Positions 25,553-34,946 of a DNA stretch of 36,197 nucleotides are shown one piece after another (within the stretch, counting starts at the first letter, position 1; every line of letters begins with the position of its first letter). The notes beneath the pieces were generated by a model. The model saw nothing but the letters and a program-made list of their open reading frames with translations. It had not been told where the DNA came from and ran no database searches. The translations under genes were made by a program, and so were the position numbers. Source of the DNA: an uncultured virus (IMG/VR IMGVR_UViG_3300049259_000212) (Duplodnaviria; Heunggongvirae; Uroviricota; Caudoviricetes); the IMG/VR virus record IMGVR_UViG_3300049259_000212; one strand, given 5' to 3'.

Positions 25553-26146
25553 ATGACACGCTCGACTCCCGTATCGGAACCCTGCGGCAACATCGATTGC
25601 GATCTCTGCTATCCCTTGCCGCGCTGGCACGTGCGTCACGTGGTCGTGCTTCGTCGAAAGCATCTGTTCGAGGTCAAAGCGGCAACGATCGAGGAAGCGC
25701 GAACCCTCGCAGAGAAGCTCGATCAGCCCTCGTCGTATTCGCAGAGCGTCGTGGAAGACCAACCTATCCTGATCGAGCCCCTGGATCAGGAGAGCCTCCA
25801 ACAGCATGCTGAGCACGCAGCACTGCGGTGCTTCCACAGTATCCGTGCACGGGATGGCGCAAAGCCGACGCGCTTCCCGCGCCCCGTCGTCTGTGAGTGG
25901 TGCAAAAACAGCTTCCGGGCAATCTACTTCGATGAGTCTGCCGACAAGCAGACGCAGGGCGATGACTGTGCTGCCAGCGTCTATCAGAAGGAGGGCAGTT
26001 GGTACGTCGCAGGCCACTACGGAAGTGGAGGTTTCGACATGATGCGGCTGCGTTTCATCGCCACTCATCCGACCCAGCCACTCGATCCGGTGTGTGATCA
26101 GTGCATCAACGAACGCATCGCGGCCGGCGACTTGGTGACGGATTGA
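25553..26146 (+). CDS. Cys-rich hypothetical protein
   Basis: CGNIDCDLC, CEWC, GHYGS..FDM and VCDQCI. Confidence 0.65.
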   Translation: MTRSTPVSEPCGNIDCDLCYPLPRWHVRHVVVLRRKHLFEVKAATIEEARTLAEKLDQPSSYSQSVVEDQPILIEPLDQESLQQHAEHAALRCFHSIRARDGAKPTRFPRPVVCEWCKNSFRAIYFDESADKQTQGDDCAASVYQKEGSWYVAGHYGSGGFDMMRLRFIATHPTQPLDPVCDQCINERIAAGDLVTD

Positions 26147-26356
26147 ACATGGAATTGTCGACAATGCACCAGCCGTCGATCGCCGAGCGCTGCACGTGCA
26201 TCACGGATCAAGTCGTGCCGCAGTATCGCAATAGTGCGTCGGCGTACTCCTGCGCTGTACAGGCAGGAATGCGCGATGCTCTGGGACAACGACAACCCGG
26301 ATGACGTTCCCGTGACGACGAAGAGCAACGACAGTGATGCCGGAGGATAAATAGCC

Positions 26357-26818
26357 ATGGGCCTGTACGACACCGTCCTAGTCATGTGTCCCGAGTGCGG
26401 CGAGAGCAGCGAGCTTCAGTCGAAAGGCGGCGCTTGCAAGCTCGAAACGTACGGTCTTTATGAAGCGCCGGATGATGTGCTTCTCGACATCAACCGCCAC
26501 GGACCTGTGAACTGTTCGTGTGGTGTGAAGTTCACCGTGGAGGTGACAGGCGAACGTCCTCGCCGGACGCTCGCCGCGCGCACGGTTCTCGTGGGTCCGG
26601 CACCAAAGAACGCTGAGATTGCGGACACCCTGGCCGACTGTCTCGAAACCTGTTTCGCGTTGTGGGTGAAGGCGTCCGCCAACCGCTGCTTTGGTGCAAC
26701 AGAAGCGGAGCAGCGCGCGCAGATCGTGAAAGTTCTAGGCCCTGAGCGAACACGTCGGGCTCTCAACACGGCCGGTGTTCCAGGGCACTCTCCGACAGCG
26801 AGCGGGAGGCATGGCTGA
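26357..26818 (+). CDS. hypothetical protein (MGLYD...CPEC...QSK)
   Basis: GGAGG RBS; Zn-ribbon motifs. Confidence 0.7.
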   Translation: MGLYDTVLVMCPECGESSELQSKGGACKLETYGLYEAPDDVLLDINRHGPVNCSCGVKFTVEVTGERPRRTLAARTVLVGPAPKNAEIADTLADCLETCFALWVKASANRCFGATEAEQRAQIVKVLGPERTRRALNTAGVPGHSPTASGRHG

Positions 26819-27053
26819 TGGAGTTCCGTTCTGTGGGCGTTGGATATGGAAATGCGTTGACGACGTCCATTGGATCGAAGGGGGCTTGATGTACCTGCAC
26901 CAATGTCCAGCCTGTCAAAAAACGATCACGTTCGCACAGCCTCTCCGACGTAACACGAAGCTCGCGTGTCCGTATTGCAACACGGAGCTTCGGTCTCACG
27001 TCGTTTCGGCCGAAGGTCATTACAGCGCCTACATCACGATCGCGAGGCGCTAA
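26811..27053 (+). CDS. zinc-ribbon protein
   Basis: GGAGG RBS; CPAC...CPYC. Confidence 0.55.
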   Translation: MADGVPFCGRWIWKCVDDVHWIEGGLMYLHQCPACQKTITFAQPLRRNTKLACPYCNTELRSHVVSAEGHYSAYITIARR

Positions 27054-27058
27054 CCAGG

Positions 27059-27283
27059 ATGGGACGCTTCAATCGCAGACGGACCCGACGTTACGGCGCG
27101 TGCCCCGAATGCACGACCTGGAGCATCCTGATCCAGCCGAACGGTCGCGTCGTGCGCCACACGATCGGCTTTGGTTACGTCGAGCGCTTTCCACCAAACC
27201 ATCCGTTTCGACCAGGAAAAGTCTGCAAGGGCAGTGGAGCGCTCGTCCTCGAGCGGTTACCGAAGGAGCAATGGTACCGATGA
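27059..27283 (+). CDS. small Zn-binding protein
   Basis: MGRFNRR...CPEC...RH...CKGSG. Confidence 0.55.
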   Translation: MGRFNRRRTRRYGACPECTTWSILIQPNGRVVRHTIGFGYVERFPPNHPFRPGKVCKGSGALVLERLPKEQWYR

Positions 27284-27495
27284 AGATGATCTGGTACCGG
27301 CGACCTGACTATCTGTGGAACGCGCGGTGTGCTTGCGGCGCCACGCTGTGCGGATTCGAGTTCGAAGCCCGCGCCGCTGCGGAACGAGGGCACGCAGAAA
27401 ATGTCATACAGGAAAGGGGAGCTGAGGCCCCTTGGGGGGCGTGTGCGCCCGCGCTGCCTGAGATGGATCCTGAGATCGAGCTGGTGTTCCCGTGA
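27280..27495 (+). CDS. hypothetical protein
   Basis: MKMIWYRR...; AAGGAG RBS and ATGA overlap. Confidence 0.5.
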   Translation: MKMIWYRRPDYLWNARCACGATLCGFEFEARAAAERGHAENVIQERGAEAPWGACAPALPEMDPEIELVFP

Positions 27496-27698
27496 TTGGA
27501 ACAATGGCGGGTCGCCGTCGAGCTCGGGGTGAAAAGGATCCAAACTGCCGCGTCTGCAAAGGTTCCGGCGTCATGGAGCAGTGCTTCGCCAATCCCGAGA
27601 AGTATGGAGGTCCGATCAAGGTTTCTTGCCGGCACTGTTTCGAGCCCGAGCCCTACTGCCGATCGTGCGGTGGCGATTGCCTGGGGCCGCACGATTGA
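27492..27698 (+). CDS. Cys-rich small protein
   Basis: CRVCKGSG, CRHC and CRSCGG. Confidence 0.55.
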   Translation: MIGTMAGRRRARGEKDPNCRVCKGSGVMEQCFANPEKYGGPIKVSCRHCFEPEPYCRSCGGDCLGPHD

Positions 27699-27808
27699 GC
27701 GGCTGGCGTGTATGGTGCGCTCTTCACGTGTCGTGCGCGGACGTCGACGAGGACATGTACTGGCTTGATCTGATCATCGACCCTTAACAGCTGAGGGCAC
27801 ACGCCTGA

Positions 27809-28060
27809 TCATGCCGACCGTAATTGCGGAGGCAGCGTGCTATCGAACCTGTTTTTGGTGACAGCCTTGGTTCGCGAGCAAATCACGAACGCTGCGCTCG
27901 CGCGCTCATCAAACGAGTCGGACGCTTCTGCGAGGAGCTGACCTTCCAGGGCTAGCTCGTTCTTGAACCCGTCGAATGTCAGATCGCCGCGCTTCCACAG
28001 GTCGTAGAGCTTCCAGAAGTGCTCACGGAGTTCGCGAAATTCAACGTCAGCGTTCGTCAT
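27809..28060 (-). CDS. hypothetical protein, probably leaderless
   Basis: MTNADVEFRE...; TATAAT (28068-28073, minus strand) 7 nt before the ATG. The longer ORF extension crosses the transposon end. Confidence 0.5.
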   Translation of the reverse strand: MTNADVEFRELREHFWKLYDLWKRGDLTFDGFKNELALEGQLLAEASDSFDERASAAFVICSRTKAVTKNRFDSTLPPQLRSA

Positions 28061-28175
28061 TCCCGGGATTATATCCTCATGCCTACGAGACGTACGAGAC
28101 CGGTGAAGAGCTGGGTAGTGTCCTAGTTTGAATCCTGCCAACTTGGCAAGGTCGTCGTCCTCCATCGTGGAGCGC

Positions 28176-28559
28176 ATGACGATCCTCACGTCCAAGCAAA
28201 TCTGGCGGCGCAACCCGTCGCCGGCTCCCAAGCCGCGGCAGCTCGGGAACTGGCTCAACCCAACCGAGCGCGAGAACGTGCGCCACGCGGTGAACTATCT
28301 CGCTGGGCGCTACGAGACGATGGCAGCGTTCGCTGCTGCGGTAGGTCTTACGCGTGATGGCGTAATGAAGGCACGGTCACCTCATCGCGCGCAGACCTAT
28401 CGTCTCGCGTGTCTCGTTGCTAGCTGCGTCGGCGTGTTACCCGAAAGTATCGTGAGCGGAGCGTGGCCTGGCGATCGATGCCCCCACTGCGGCGGCACTG
28501 GCAAGCGCTCGCAAATCGTCGACGTGACGAGAAAGACGCAGCTGAGACGGGCTCGTTAG
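28176..28559 (+). CDS. HTH (XRE-like) regulator with C-terminal CPHC
   Basis: TMAAFAAAVGLTRDGV helix-turn-helix-like segment; transposon cargo. Confidence 0.6.
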   Translation: MTILTSKQIWRRNPSPAPKPRQLGNWLNPTERENVRHAVNYLAGRYETMAAFAAAVGLTRDGVMKARSPHRAQTYRLACLVASCVGVLPESIVSGAWPGDRCPHCGGTGKRSQIVDVTRKTQLRRAR

Positions 28560-29389
28560 GCTGCGAGAGATTCGGCCGTCTCGAGCAACTCGCCCAGCGA
28601 CCACATCGTCGACTCGACGCCGGCTCCCATCGCGGGCGTGACTCGCGTGGTCGTGTGGCGACGCACGAAGTTGTGATGCGCGACGTACAGCGCCACCGCA
28701 GCAACGTGGTTCTCCAGCTTCTTGGAGAATGCATTCGTCAGGCGTGTGAAGCGCCGCGTGCTCATGCGGATGTTCAGGTTGTTTCGCTCGACATAGCTGG
28801 TGCTCACGAACTCGGAGATCGGTGCGCCCGAGATCGGCGTCTTCTCCGTGGAAGCGACGTTCGGCGGTGAGTACCGCCCTTCACCTGCTGGCTCTGCCTC
28901 GTAGGTTTTTACGATCTGCGCGTAGTCGACTTCGCTGCCGAACGCTTGTTCGATTGCTTCGACGTACTGGCGCAGACCGTCAGTAGAGAGCTGGACACGG
29001 TTTCGCAGACGAGCAGCGAGGTTCGAGACGAAGGCGTTCGTGTTGCGCGCCTCGCGCTTCCCAACGAGGTACGCCGGGATCAACTTCGTCTCCGCGTCGA
29101 GAGCGACGTACACCCACTGATCACCGACGCTCGCGCCATCCGTCTCTCGCACCGTGCGCTGTTTCTTCGCGACGTACGACCACAACTCGTCGAGCTCCAG
29201 GCGCTTGCAGCCAAGATCGACCATCCGATCATCGAGCAGTCGAGCGCAGCCTTCGCCGACTCGAACGAGCAACCGGCAGATGGTGTCACGATGCACACCC
29301 GTGAGACGCTCTGCCGAGCGAACCGAGCAACCCTCGACGAGCGTGGCAAGGACCGCCAGCTTCTTCTCGGTTCGGAGGTGGTTCGCCAT
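28556..29389 (-). CDS. IS1-family DDE transposase
   Basis: N-terminal HTH (EGCSVRSAERLTGVHRDT), ELDELW, STDG, TSYVERNN, RRFTR...FSKKLENH and TPAM. Confidence 0.92.
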   Translation of the reverse strand: MANHLRTEKKLAVLATLVEGCSVRSAERLTGVHRDTICRLLVRVGEGCARLLDDRMVDLGCKRLELDELWSYVAKKQRTVRETDGASVGDQWVYVALDAETKLIPAYLVGKREARNTNAFVSNLAARLRNRVQLSTDGLRQYVEAIEQAFGSEVDYAQIVKTYEAEPAGEGRYSPPNVASTEKTPISGAPISEFVSTSYVERNNLNIRMSTRRFTRLTNAFSKKLENHVAAVALYVAHHNFVRRHTTTRVTPAMGAGVESTMWSLGELLETAESLAA

Positions 29390-30479
29390 GTTGATTCATC
29401 CAATCCTAGGTAGTGACTCTGACGTCGTTGCGGTGATCCGAAAAATCTCGCGGAGAGCGTGGGAGTTGAACCCGACCAGTTTGCCAACCGGTCCACATCG
29501 GGATGTACGCCCCTTAGCGGCCCGCGCCGCGGACGCTCTCCAGCGTCGCCCTCGTCTGAGGGACGACTTGATCAGGCCTAGCGAAGTGTCCGGGCCCGCC
29601 ACGCTCGAAGGCGGACCAGTTGTGAACAAACACGGACTTGTACGAGGTGCATCGGTAGCTCCAGACAACAAGAAGTTGATCCGGTCGCGCGCTGGAGCTA
29701 ACGTCGTCTTGTCACGGACGGACGTTTGCCTCCAGCACACGGCCAGTTGATAGAAAGTCGCGAGACGGAGCCTGGCAGCTCCGTCTTTGCGCTTTCGGGA
29801 TGGAGTCACGGATCCTCGTCGGAGGACCCCGCGCTCGATGTTGTGAGCCTCTAGCTGGGCCTTCGCCGTCGTCGCCTAGTGACCGAGATCTCGACGCTGC
29901 GCTGCGTCGTCGCCGGGCTGCGCGGACACGGGTGCGCCCTGGTGACCGACATGCAGCCGCGTGCGACACGCGGGTCATCTGGCGTCCTCGGCTACGCAAG
30001 CAGGCGTGCGCTCTCGCAAGCAAGAGGGACTGCCTGGCGGCGAGAGCTGCAATACGTTCCTCCAGCTCTCTCGCACGACAGCGGGCTAGCTCTCGCACCA
30101 TGGAGTGTCCCTGAGCGGCGGCTGTCTCAACCGTCGTCAGCTCGATCTGAAGCTCGTCGACGAGTTTAGACAGCTGCCCGCCGAGATCGACGATGCCGCG
30201 ACAGGTAGACGGGAGATCTCCCGTTTCCTCGACGACGATGGACGCGTGTTGTAAGCTTGATCTTGCCACTGAGGCACTCGCACTGCTGACGTGGTACCGG
30301 CCGGTGCGGTAATCGAGGTTCGAGTCTCGGTTGCCGCGCTTTGGCGCTTCGGAAGCAACACGAAGCTGCAAGACCTACGCAGACACTTCCCAGTTTCCGG
30401 ATATGGTGTCCGGACAACACTATAATCATGCGTAGTTAGACGTTCGCGAGGTTCTCGTTTTTTGCGCTATGCTTGAGCG

Positions 30480-31145
30480 GTGGCGAACAAGAAGGTGATG
30501 CAGGCACTCGGTCGACGCGGGGGACTCCGTGGGGGACCTGCACGCGCCAAGACGCTGACGTCCAAACGTAAATCTGAGATAGCCCGCACCGCTGCTACGA
30601 AGCGCTGGCAACCCACCGTCCTCGTGCTCAAGCAACCTCGTGACGCCGAGGAGCTGCGCTGGTTCGTCGCCCAGTATGGCAACGGAAGCGCTCGTGCGGA
30701 GCGCTGTGATCCCGCCGCCGCACTTCTCGACGCGCTGACGGCATGCCGTCACGACGCAGGACTAGCGCGCATGATCCCTGTGTTCGTTCACCGCGCTCGC
30801 GCAGAAGTATTCGCGAATCCGAAACGCCTTCTCGCGGTGTCTGCGGAGGACGCGTGCGCGCTCGGATACTTCTTGGAGCTGACTGCGCAACTGAGCAAGC
30901 GCAAGGGGCCGCCTGGCCTCCTGCGTGCCCTCCGGCAGAAGAGCCGATCGCTGAAGCGCCCTGTCGCGCTCTTCACACGCGCTCTCGCAGCGAAGCAAAC
31001 CTCGCCTCTCGCCACGTCGTGGAAGCTCGAAACTGGAGAGCCCGACGAGAGCTTCGAAAGCTACTTCACGAAGGTTCAGGACGTGCGTCAGGCACCGATC
31101 CGTCGCTTGCCGTCGCTTAGAAAGCGCCTTCGTGCGGCGCTTTGA
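30480..31145 (+). CDS. putative antitoxin with N-terminal KGG-like motif
   Basis: ALGRRGGLRGGPARAKTLTSKRKSEIARTAATKRW; overlaps the nucleotidyltransferase gene; TATGCT (30468-30473) lies 6 nt before the GTG, suggesting a leaderless transcript. Confidence 0.7.
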   Translation: MANKKVMQALGRRGGLRGGPARAKTLTSKRKSEIARTAATKRWQPTVLVLKQPRDAEELRWFVAQYGNGSARAERCDPAAALLDALTACRHDAGLARMIPVFVHRARAEVFANPKRLLAVSAEDACALGYFLELTAQLSKRKGPPGLLRALRQKSRSLKRPVALFTRALAAKQTSPLATSWKLETGEPDESFESYFTKVQDVRQAPIRRLPSLRKRLRAAL

Positions 31146-31707
31146 GCGCGAACAAATCGTCCGCTTTTTGCGGGCCGTGGATTCCGCGCTCGACAGTAAC
31201 GTTGAGGTTTTCGTCGTCGGAGGACTCGCCGCCATCCTTCAATACAATGCTGCTGTGAAGACCGCAGACATGGACGTGTACGCTATCGTGGACGGGAGCC
31301 AAACGGACCTCAAGCACGCGTCGCGTGTCGCGACCGACGTCACGGGCATCGCCTTGGCGATCAACGGCGCTCCCATCACCGAGCTGCCGTATAACTACGA
31401 AGATCGGCTCAAGCGCGTTCGCGGTCTGCGGTTGAAGAAGCTCCGCATGATCGTCCCCGACAAGTACGATCTCGTACTGTCAAAAGCTCTTCGAGGGTAC
31501 GAGCACGACCTGGAGGCGATCGCCTCGATTCACGAGCACCATCCCCTCTCGGAGAAGACGCTCGCGCGGAGATTCGAGGAGGAGATCTGGAAGCTTGCGA
31601 CGGGCAATCCCAGGAACTTCGCGCTCAACATGTTTCAGGTGATGCAGATGCTCTATGGCGCAAAGCGCGCGGAGATCTATCGCGCGCGCTGGGGCCTTGG
31701 GACCTGA
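31132..31707 (+). CDS. nucleotidyltransferase, DUF6036/AbiEii-like (putative toxin)
   Basis: VVGGLA...KTADMDV (GG plus DxD) and DLVLSKALRG..HDL. Confidence 0.85.
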   Translation: MRRFEREQIVRFLRAVDSALDSNVEVFVVGGLAAILQYNAAVKTADMDVYAIVDGSQTDLKHASRVATDVTGIALAINGAPITELPYNYEDRLKRVRGLRLKKLRMIVPDKYDLVLSKALRGYEHDLEAIASIHEHHPLSEKTLARRFEEEIWKLATGNPRNFALNMFQVMQMLYGAKRAEIYRARWGLGT

Positions 31708-31711
31708 AACT

Positions 31712-32014
31712 CTACTTGCGACTCTCTGCCACGATCGCTGCACGTACCGCAGTAGCCGCGTCTCGAACCGGTCCGACGCCCAGGACCGCAACGAACCGCC
31801 TCCGTGGCCCATCGGTCGCGTGACTCCACGCGTACGCGCGCTGCGCGCTGGGGTGCCCGTGCAGCTCGAACACCTGCACCTCGCCAGCCCACGCGGTCTC
31901 GTCACCAAACGTCTCCGTGACGGGCTCCGACGCGAGCCACGTCGCCTCGCAGCCGTGCATGTGACGGATGGCTTCCTGAAGCGCTGGCAGTCCCGCCGAG
32001 TCCACAGCGGGCAC
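31712..32014 (-). CDS. conserved hypothetical protein
   Basis: AIRHMHGCEA...V.ETF...W.GEV.VFEL.GHP.A.RAYAWS...AVRAAI; I recall this family near IS1-type transposases (unverified). Confidence 0.7.
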   Translation of the reverse strand: MPAVDSAGLPALQEAIRHMHGCEATWLASEPVTETFGDETAWAGEVQVFELHGHPSAQRAYAWSHATDGPRRRFVAVLGVGPVRDAATAVRAAIVAESRK

Positions 32015-32018
32015 CGTA

Positions 32019-32279
32019 TCACCGCTCTATCGCGAATTCGACAGCCTCTTGAGAAGTGCGAAGCAGATCCGTGAGCGTCTTGCTCAGCGCGTCGACGAAG
32101 CACGACATCCGGTTGAGCGCGAGACGGCGCTCGGGATCTCCGTCCGTAGGCCAGGACGTCTCTCCATAGAGCGCTTCGAACGCAGCGTGAAACGCATCCG
32201 CCTGGGCGCAGAGCTGGTGCAGCGCTTCCAGCTTCTCGACCAGATCTTCTCGCCGTCGTGACCGTCGCGCAGCCTTCAT
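32019..32279 (-). CDS. hypothetical protein
   Basis: MKAARRSRRR...; helical; inside the transposon. Confidence 0.55.
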   Translation of the reverse strand: MKAARRSRRREDLVEKLEALHQLCAQADAFHAAFEALYGETSWPTDGDPERRLALNRMSCFVDALSKTLTDLLRTSQEAVEFAIER

Positions 32280-32539
32280 GTCGTCACGCTGCACGAGGCC
32301 GCGCAGTGACACGATGGCAATTTCAAATCAGGACACTACCGAAGAGCTGCCCACGGGAGTACCGGGACGGACGGCAGTGCCCGGGTGCGTGGCAGTGCCC
32401 TCGTTGCATGCGGAGGCCTTGGCTCGCGCGACCCCTGTACGCCGCGGGACCCATCGAACGCTTCGCGAGGTCCTGGGCGCGCCCGAACCTGTGTCTTGAG
32501 CGAGACAGCACGGACGTCGGTTGAGGTGCGCCGCATCCT

Positions 32540-32555
32540 GAGTAGCGATCTACCC
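32540..32555. promoter_or_regulatory. 16-bp palindrome variant GAGTAG-CGAT-CTACCC
   Basis: 15/16 identical to 2429-2444; upstream of the operon starting at 32621. Confidence 0.55.
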
Positions 32556-32620
32556 GGGGTTTGGAATTGCCCGCTTGCACTCACTTTGATATGGCATGCA
32601 TGCTGCTCACTAGTCAGCCC

Positions 32621-33010
32621 ATGACCACGATCCTCGACACAGCTCGCGCGATCGACACGTTCGTCGATGACTTAGTGGCCGTCAGTCTGGCGGTCCAAGA
32701 ACATGTCCATCAGGGAACGACCGTCGATGAGATGGCAAAATGGATCCGCCAGCAGGTATACACGGGCATGACGAGCGATGTCGGCGTGCCGCTCTACATC
32801 GCCACTGATGAAGCATCTCAGCGTTGGGCTCGTCGTGAGGTCGCCAAGGCGAAGGCGAACATCGAGTCGGATGCGCATGACGACGATACCGAGACGCGAA
32901 AGTACGATCCCTCGCTGCAACGCATTCATCCGTGTGTTCGCTGCGGCCATCTCTTGGTCGACGAGATCGAGACCATCTGCCAGAACCGTGGTGAAGGCTG
33001 CGCGAAATGA
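32621..33010 (+). CDS. hypothetical protein
   Basis: MTTILDTARA...; first gene of the paralogue run. Confidence 0.6.
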   Translation: MTTILDTARAIDTFVDDLVAVSLAVQEHVHQGTTVDEMAKWIRQQVYTGMTSDVGVPLYIATDEASQRWARREVAKAKANIESDAHDDDTETRKYDPSLQRIHPCVRCGHLLVDEIETICQNRGEGCAK

Positions 33011-33228
33011 TCACCGTCGACACGATCACGGACGACCAAATCCACGAGCTGCGCCGCGCTGTCGTGAACGACTCGACCATGACAAGCCGGCAGGTCGATG
33101 AACTATGTCACCTCGTTTGGATGGCACTCGACGACGGCAAGTTGCGGCATCGGACTATCCAGGAAGCCCGCGCCCGCTGCGCCGAGATCCTCAATATTCG
33201 TGAGAAGGAGTCCCATGATCACCGCTAA
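33007..33228 (+). CDS. TADTITD-family paralogue 1
   Basis: MITVDTITDDQIHELR...ARARCAEILN. Confidence 0.75.
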   Translation: MITVDTITDDQIHELRRAVVNDSTMTSRQVDELCHLVWMALDDGKLRHRTIQEARARCAEILNIREKESHDHR

Positions 33229-33601
33229 CACACTCACCGACGAGCAGATCCGCGTTCTACGCGACGGTCCTCTCGGGCTCTCCGACGAGCATGTCAAACA
33301 GCTGTGTCGTGTCGCTCTCCAGTCAGGTGAACCGACCGGCAAGCACCCGTTCTGCCGAGTGTGCTCATGGCGCAAGGGAGGCGTCGATTCTTGGGACGGC
33401 AAGGCGTGCAAATGCGGGCTGCGCGAAGAGATGTATCATCGCTGCGATCGCTGCGGAGGCGTCGGCAGAGTGTCTTATGATCTCGGCTCGGTTGCGTGTT
33501 CGTCGTGTGATGGATCCGGCCTTGTCAGCCCCGCAGACATCCGCAACGCGCGAGCCCGTTGCGCCGAGATGTTGAATGTACGTGCGCAAGGGGCCCGGTA
33601 G
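33215..33601 (+). CDS. TADTITD-family paralogue 2 with Zn-finger insert
   Basis: MITANTLTDEQIRVLR...CDRCGGVG...CSSCDGSG...ARARCAEMLN; AAGGAG RBS. Confidence 0.75.
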   Translation: MITANTLTDEQIRVLRDGPLGLSDEHVKQLCRVALQSGEPTGKHPFCRVCSWRKGGVDSWDGKACKCGLREEMYHRCDRCGGVGRVSYDLGSVACSSCDGSGLVSPADIRNARARCAEMLNVRAQGAR

Positions 33602-34033
33602 ATGCTGACCGCTGACACGATCACCGATGCGCAGATCCGCGAATTGGCGCGCGGTAAGCGCACCCCTGCGCAACAGGCAGACTGCGCGCTCGCACTCAAG
33701 AAGCGCGATCGGAGCTGGACACGGGTCCAACGCAATTCACAACTTTATGCGCGAACGCGCTGCGCTGCGCTGTTCAACGTGTTGGCGGCACGGCCGCAGT
33801 GCGACTTCCGCGACGCTCACGATCCCGTCACGGACACACCCCTCGGAGAGCGCTGCGGGGCGCCCGCGACGCACTACATCATGTGGGACGATGGCCGGCG
33901 CTATTCGGTTGCGTGCGATCAGCATCTGGAGATCGACAGCACCGCAACGGTCAAGCCGACGAGCATTGTTCCGCTAGCACCGAAGGAGTCGCTAGTGCCG
34001 ACCGCTGATGCGCGTAGAAAGAAGGCGCCGTAG
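33602..34033 (+). CDS. TADTITD-family paralogue 3 with C-terminal extension
   Basis: MLTADTITDAQIREL...ARTRCAALFN. Confidence 0.75.
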   Translation: MLTADTITDAQIRELARGKRTPAQQADCALALKKRDRSWTRVQRNSQLYARTRCAALFNVLAARPQCDFRDAHDPVTDTPLGERCGAPATHYIMWDDGRRYSVACDQHLEIDSTATVKPTSIVPLAPKESLVPTADARRKKAP

Positions 34034-34324
34034 GTGCGGGCGCGCCCGCCACTCTCGCTGTTTTCGTCGTGGCCGACTACTTGGCTGTTCCTGAGCGGAC
34101 ACGCGGCGGCATGCGATTTCTCAGGCCTGGCAGGTTGGTGCCACGTTCGCAGCGTTGACCTTGCCTACATTCTCTCAACGGAGTCCATCGAATGCTGACC
34201 GACCCATGTACTGGGCGGGAGATCACAGCGTGTGGAACGACATCAACCTGTGCCGCATCGCCTTGGTTGACCGCGATCCGCACGCGCGAGCGCGCTGCGC
34301 AGACCTCCTGAGAACGCACTACTG

Positions 34325-34652
34325 ATGCTGCTTACCGCAGACACGATTACGGATGCCCAAATTCTCGCGCTGCGCGCTGAGGCTCAAGGGCGACTCCGTC
34401 GCGCTTACGGCCGTGGGAATGAAGATCTTGTTATCGCGTGCGATCGCGCGCTCGGCTTCGATCCGGGCGCCGATGACGCGGACGAGGACGAAAGCAGAGC
34501 GCTGGCGGAAACATCTCGCGCGCTGCGTCGAGATCTTGAATGCACGCACTGTCGCTTCCGATCCCGATCATCGCTGCGAGAAGCACCACTGTTCTATCTG
34601 GCGCTGCTGGGCACGCGGCCAGCATCCGAGCTATGCAAAGGAGTACCGCTAA
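34325..34652 (+). pseudogene. TADTITD-family paralogue 4 with a 2-nt frameshift (possibly a sequencing error)
   Basis: Adding one CG to the run at 34517-34523 gives ...AETSRARCVEILNAR...EYR-stop, ending TAATG with paralogue 5. Confidence 0.65.
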
Positions 34653-34864
34653 TGTTGACCGCAGAGACGATCACCGACGGCCAAATCAAAGCGCTCCGCA
34701 AGGAAGCCGAAGCTCTCGGCCTCGACGATGTCGAGTCCTGGTGCGACGTCGCGCTCGGCCACAATCCGTTCCACACGCCTCGCAGTACGCGCGAAGCGAT
34801 CATGATGCAGATCGACGCGAAAGAGCGCTGCGCGGAGATCCTCAACGATCGGAACGCGAAGTGA
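34652..34864 (+). CDS. TADTITD-family paralogue 5
   Basis: MLTAETITDGQIKALR...AKERCAEILN; AAGGAG RBS. Confidence 0.75.
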   Translation: MLTAETITDGQIKALRKEAEALGLDDVESWCDVALGHNPFHTPRSTREAIMMQIDAKERCAEILNDRNAK

Positions 34865-34946
34865 TTCGTCCCTCGACGAGTTCTCGAAAAACTGCGGTTT
34901 CGCGGTTTCGCCGTAAGTGATCGCGATGAAAGCGCCGCGAATCCTT

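Larger units (their letters stand above)
28114..32340 (-). mobile_element. IS1-family cargo-carrying transposon, 4,227 bp
   Basis: Terminal inverted repeats GGTAGTGTCCTAGTTTGAAT (28114-28133) and GGTAGTGTCCTGATTTGAAA (reverse complement of 32321-32340), 17/20 identical; exact 9-bp duplication GAAGAGCTG at 28105-28113 and 32341-32349; encodes an IS1-type transposase. Confidence 0.92.

Noticed and set aside
29409..29424. GGTAGTGACTCTGACG as the transposon end
   Set aside because: Only 7 nt match the terminal repeat, orientation is wrong for closing the element, and there is no target duplication.
29396..30429. ORFs 29396..29809, 29712..30371 and overlapping frames
   Set aside because: No recognisable motif or clear start; a coiled-coil gene near 29950-30260 is possible but not supportable.
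30397..30434. Second dif-like site (TCCGGACAA-N8-TCATGCGTA) and nearby TCCGGA inverted repeat
   Set aside because: Arms are too degenerate; more likely promoter or operator sequence for the adjacent gene pair.
34077..34319. Minus-strand 80-aa ORF inside the paralogue array
   Set aside because: No RBS or motif and opposite to all neighbours; cannot be supported.
34325..34864. Single 179-aa two-domain ORF
   Set aside because: Better explained as two genes joined by a 2-nt deletion: the conserved ARCVEILN is in the other frame and 34652 has its own RBS.
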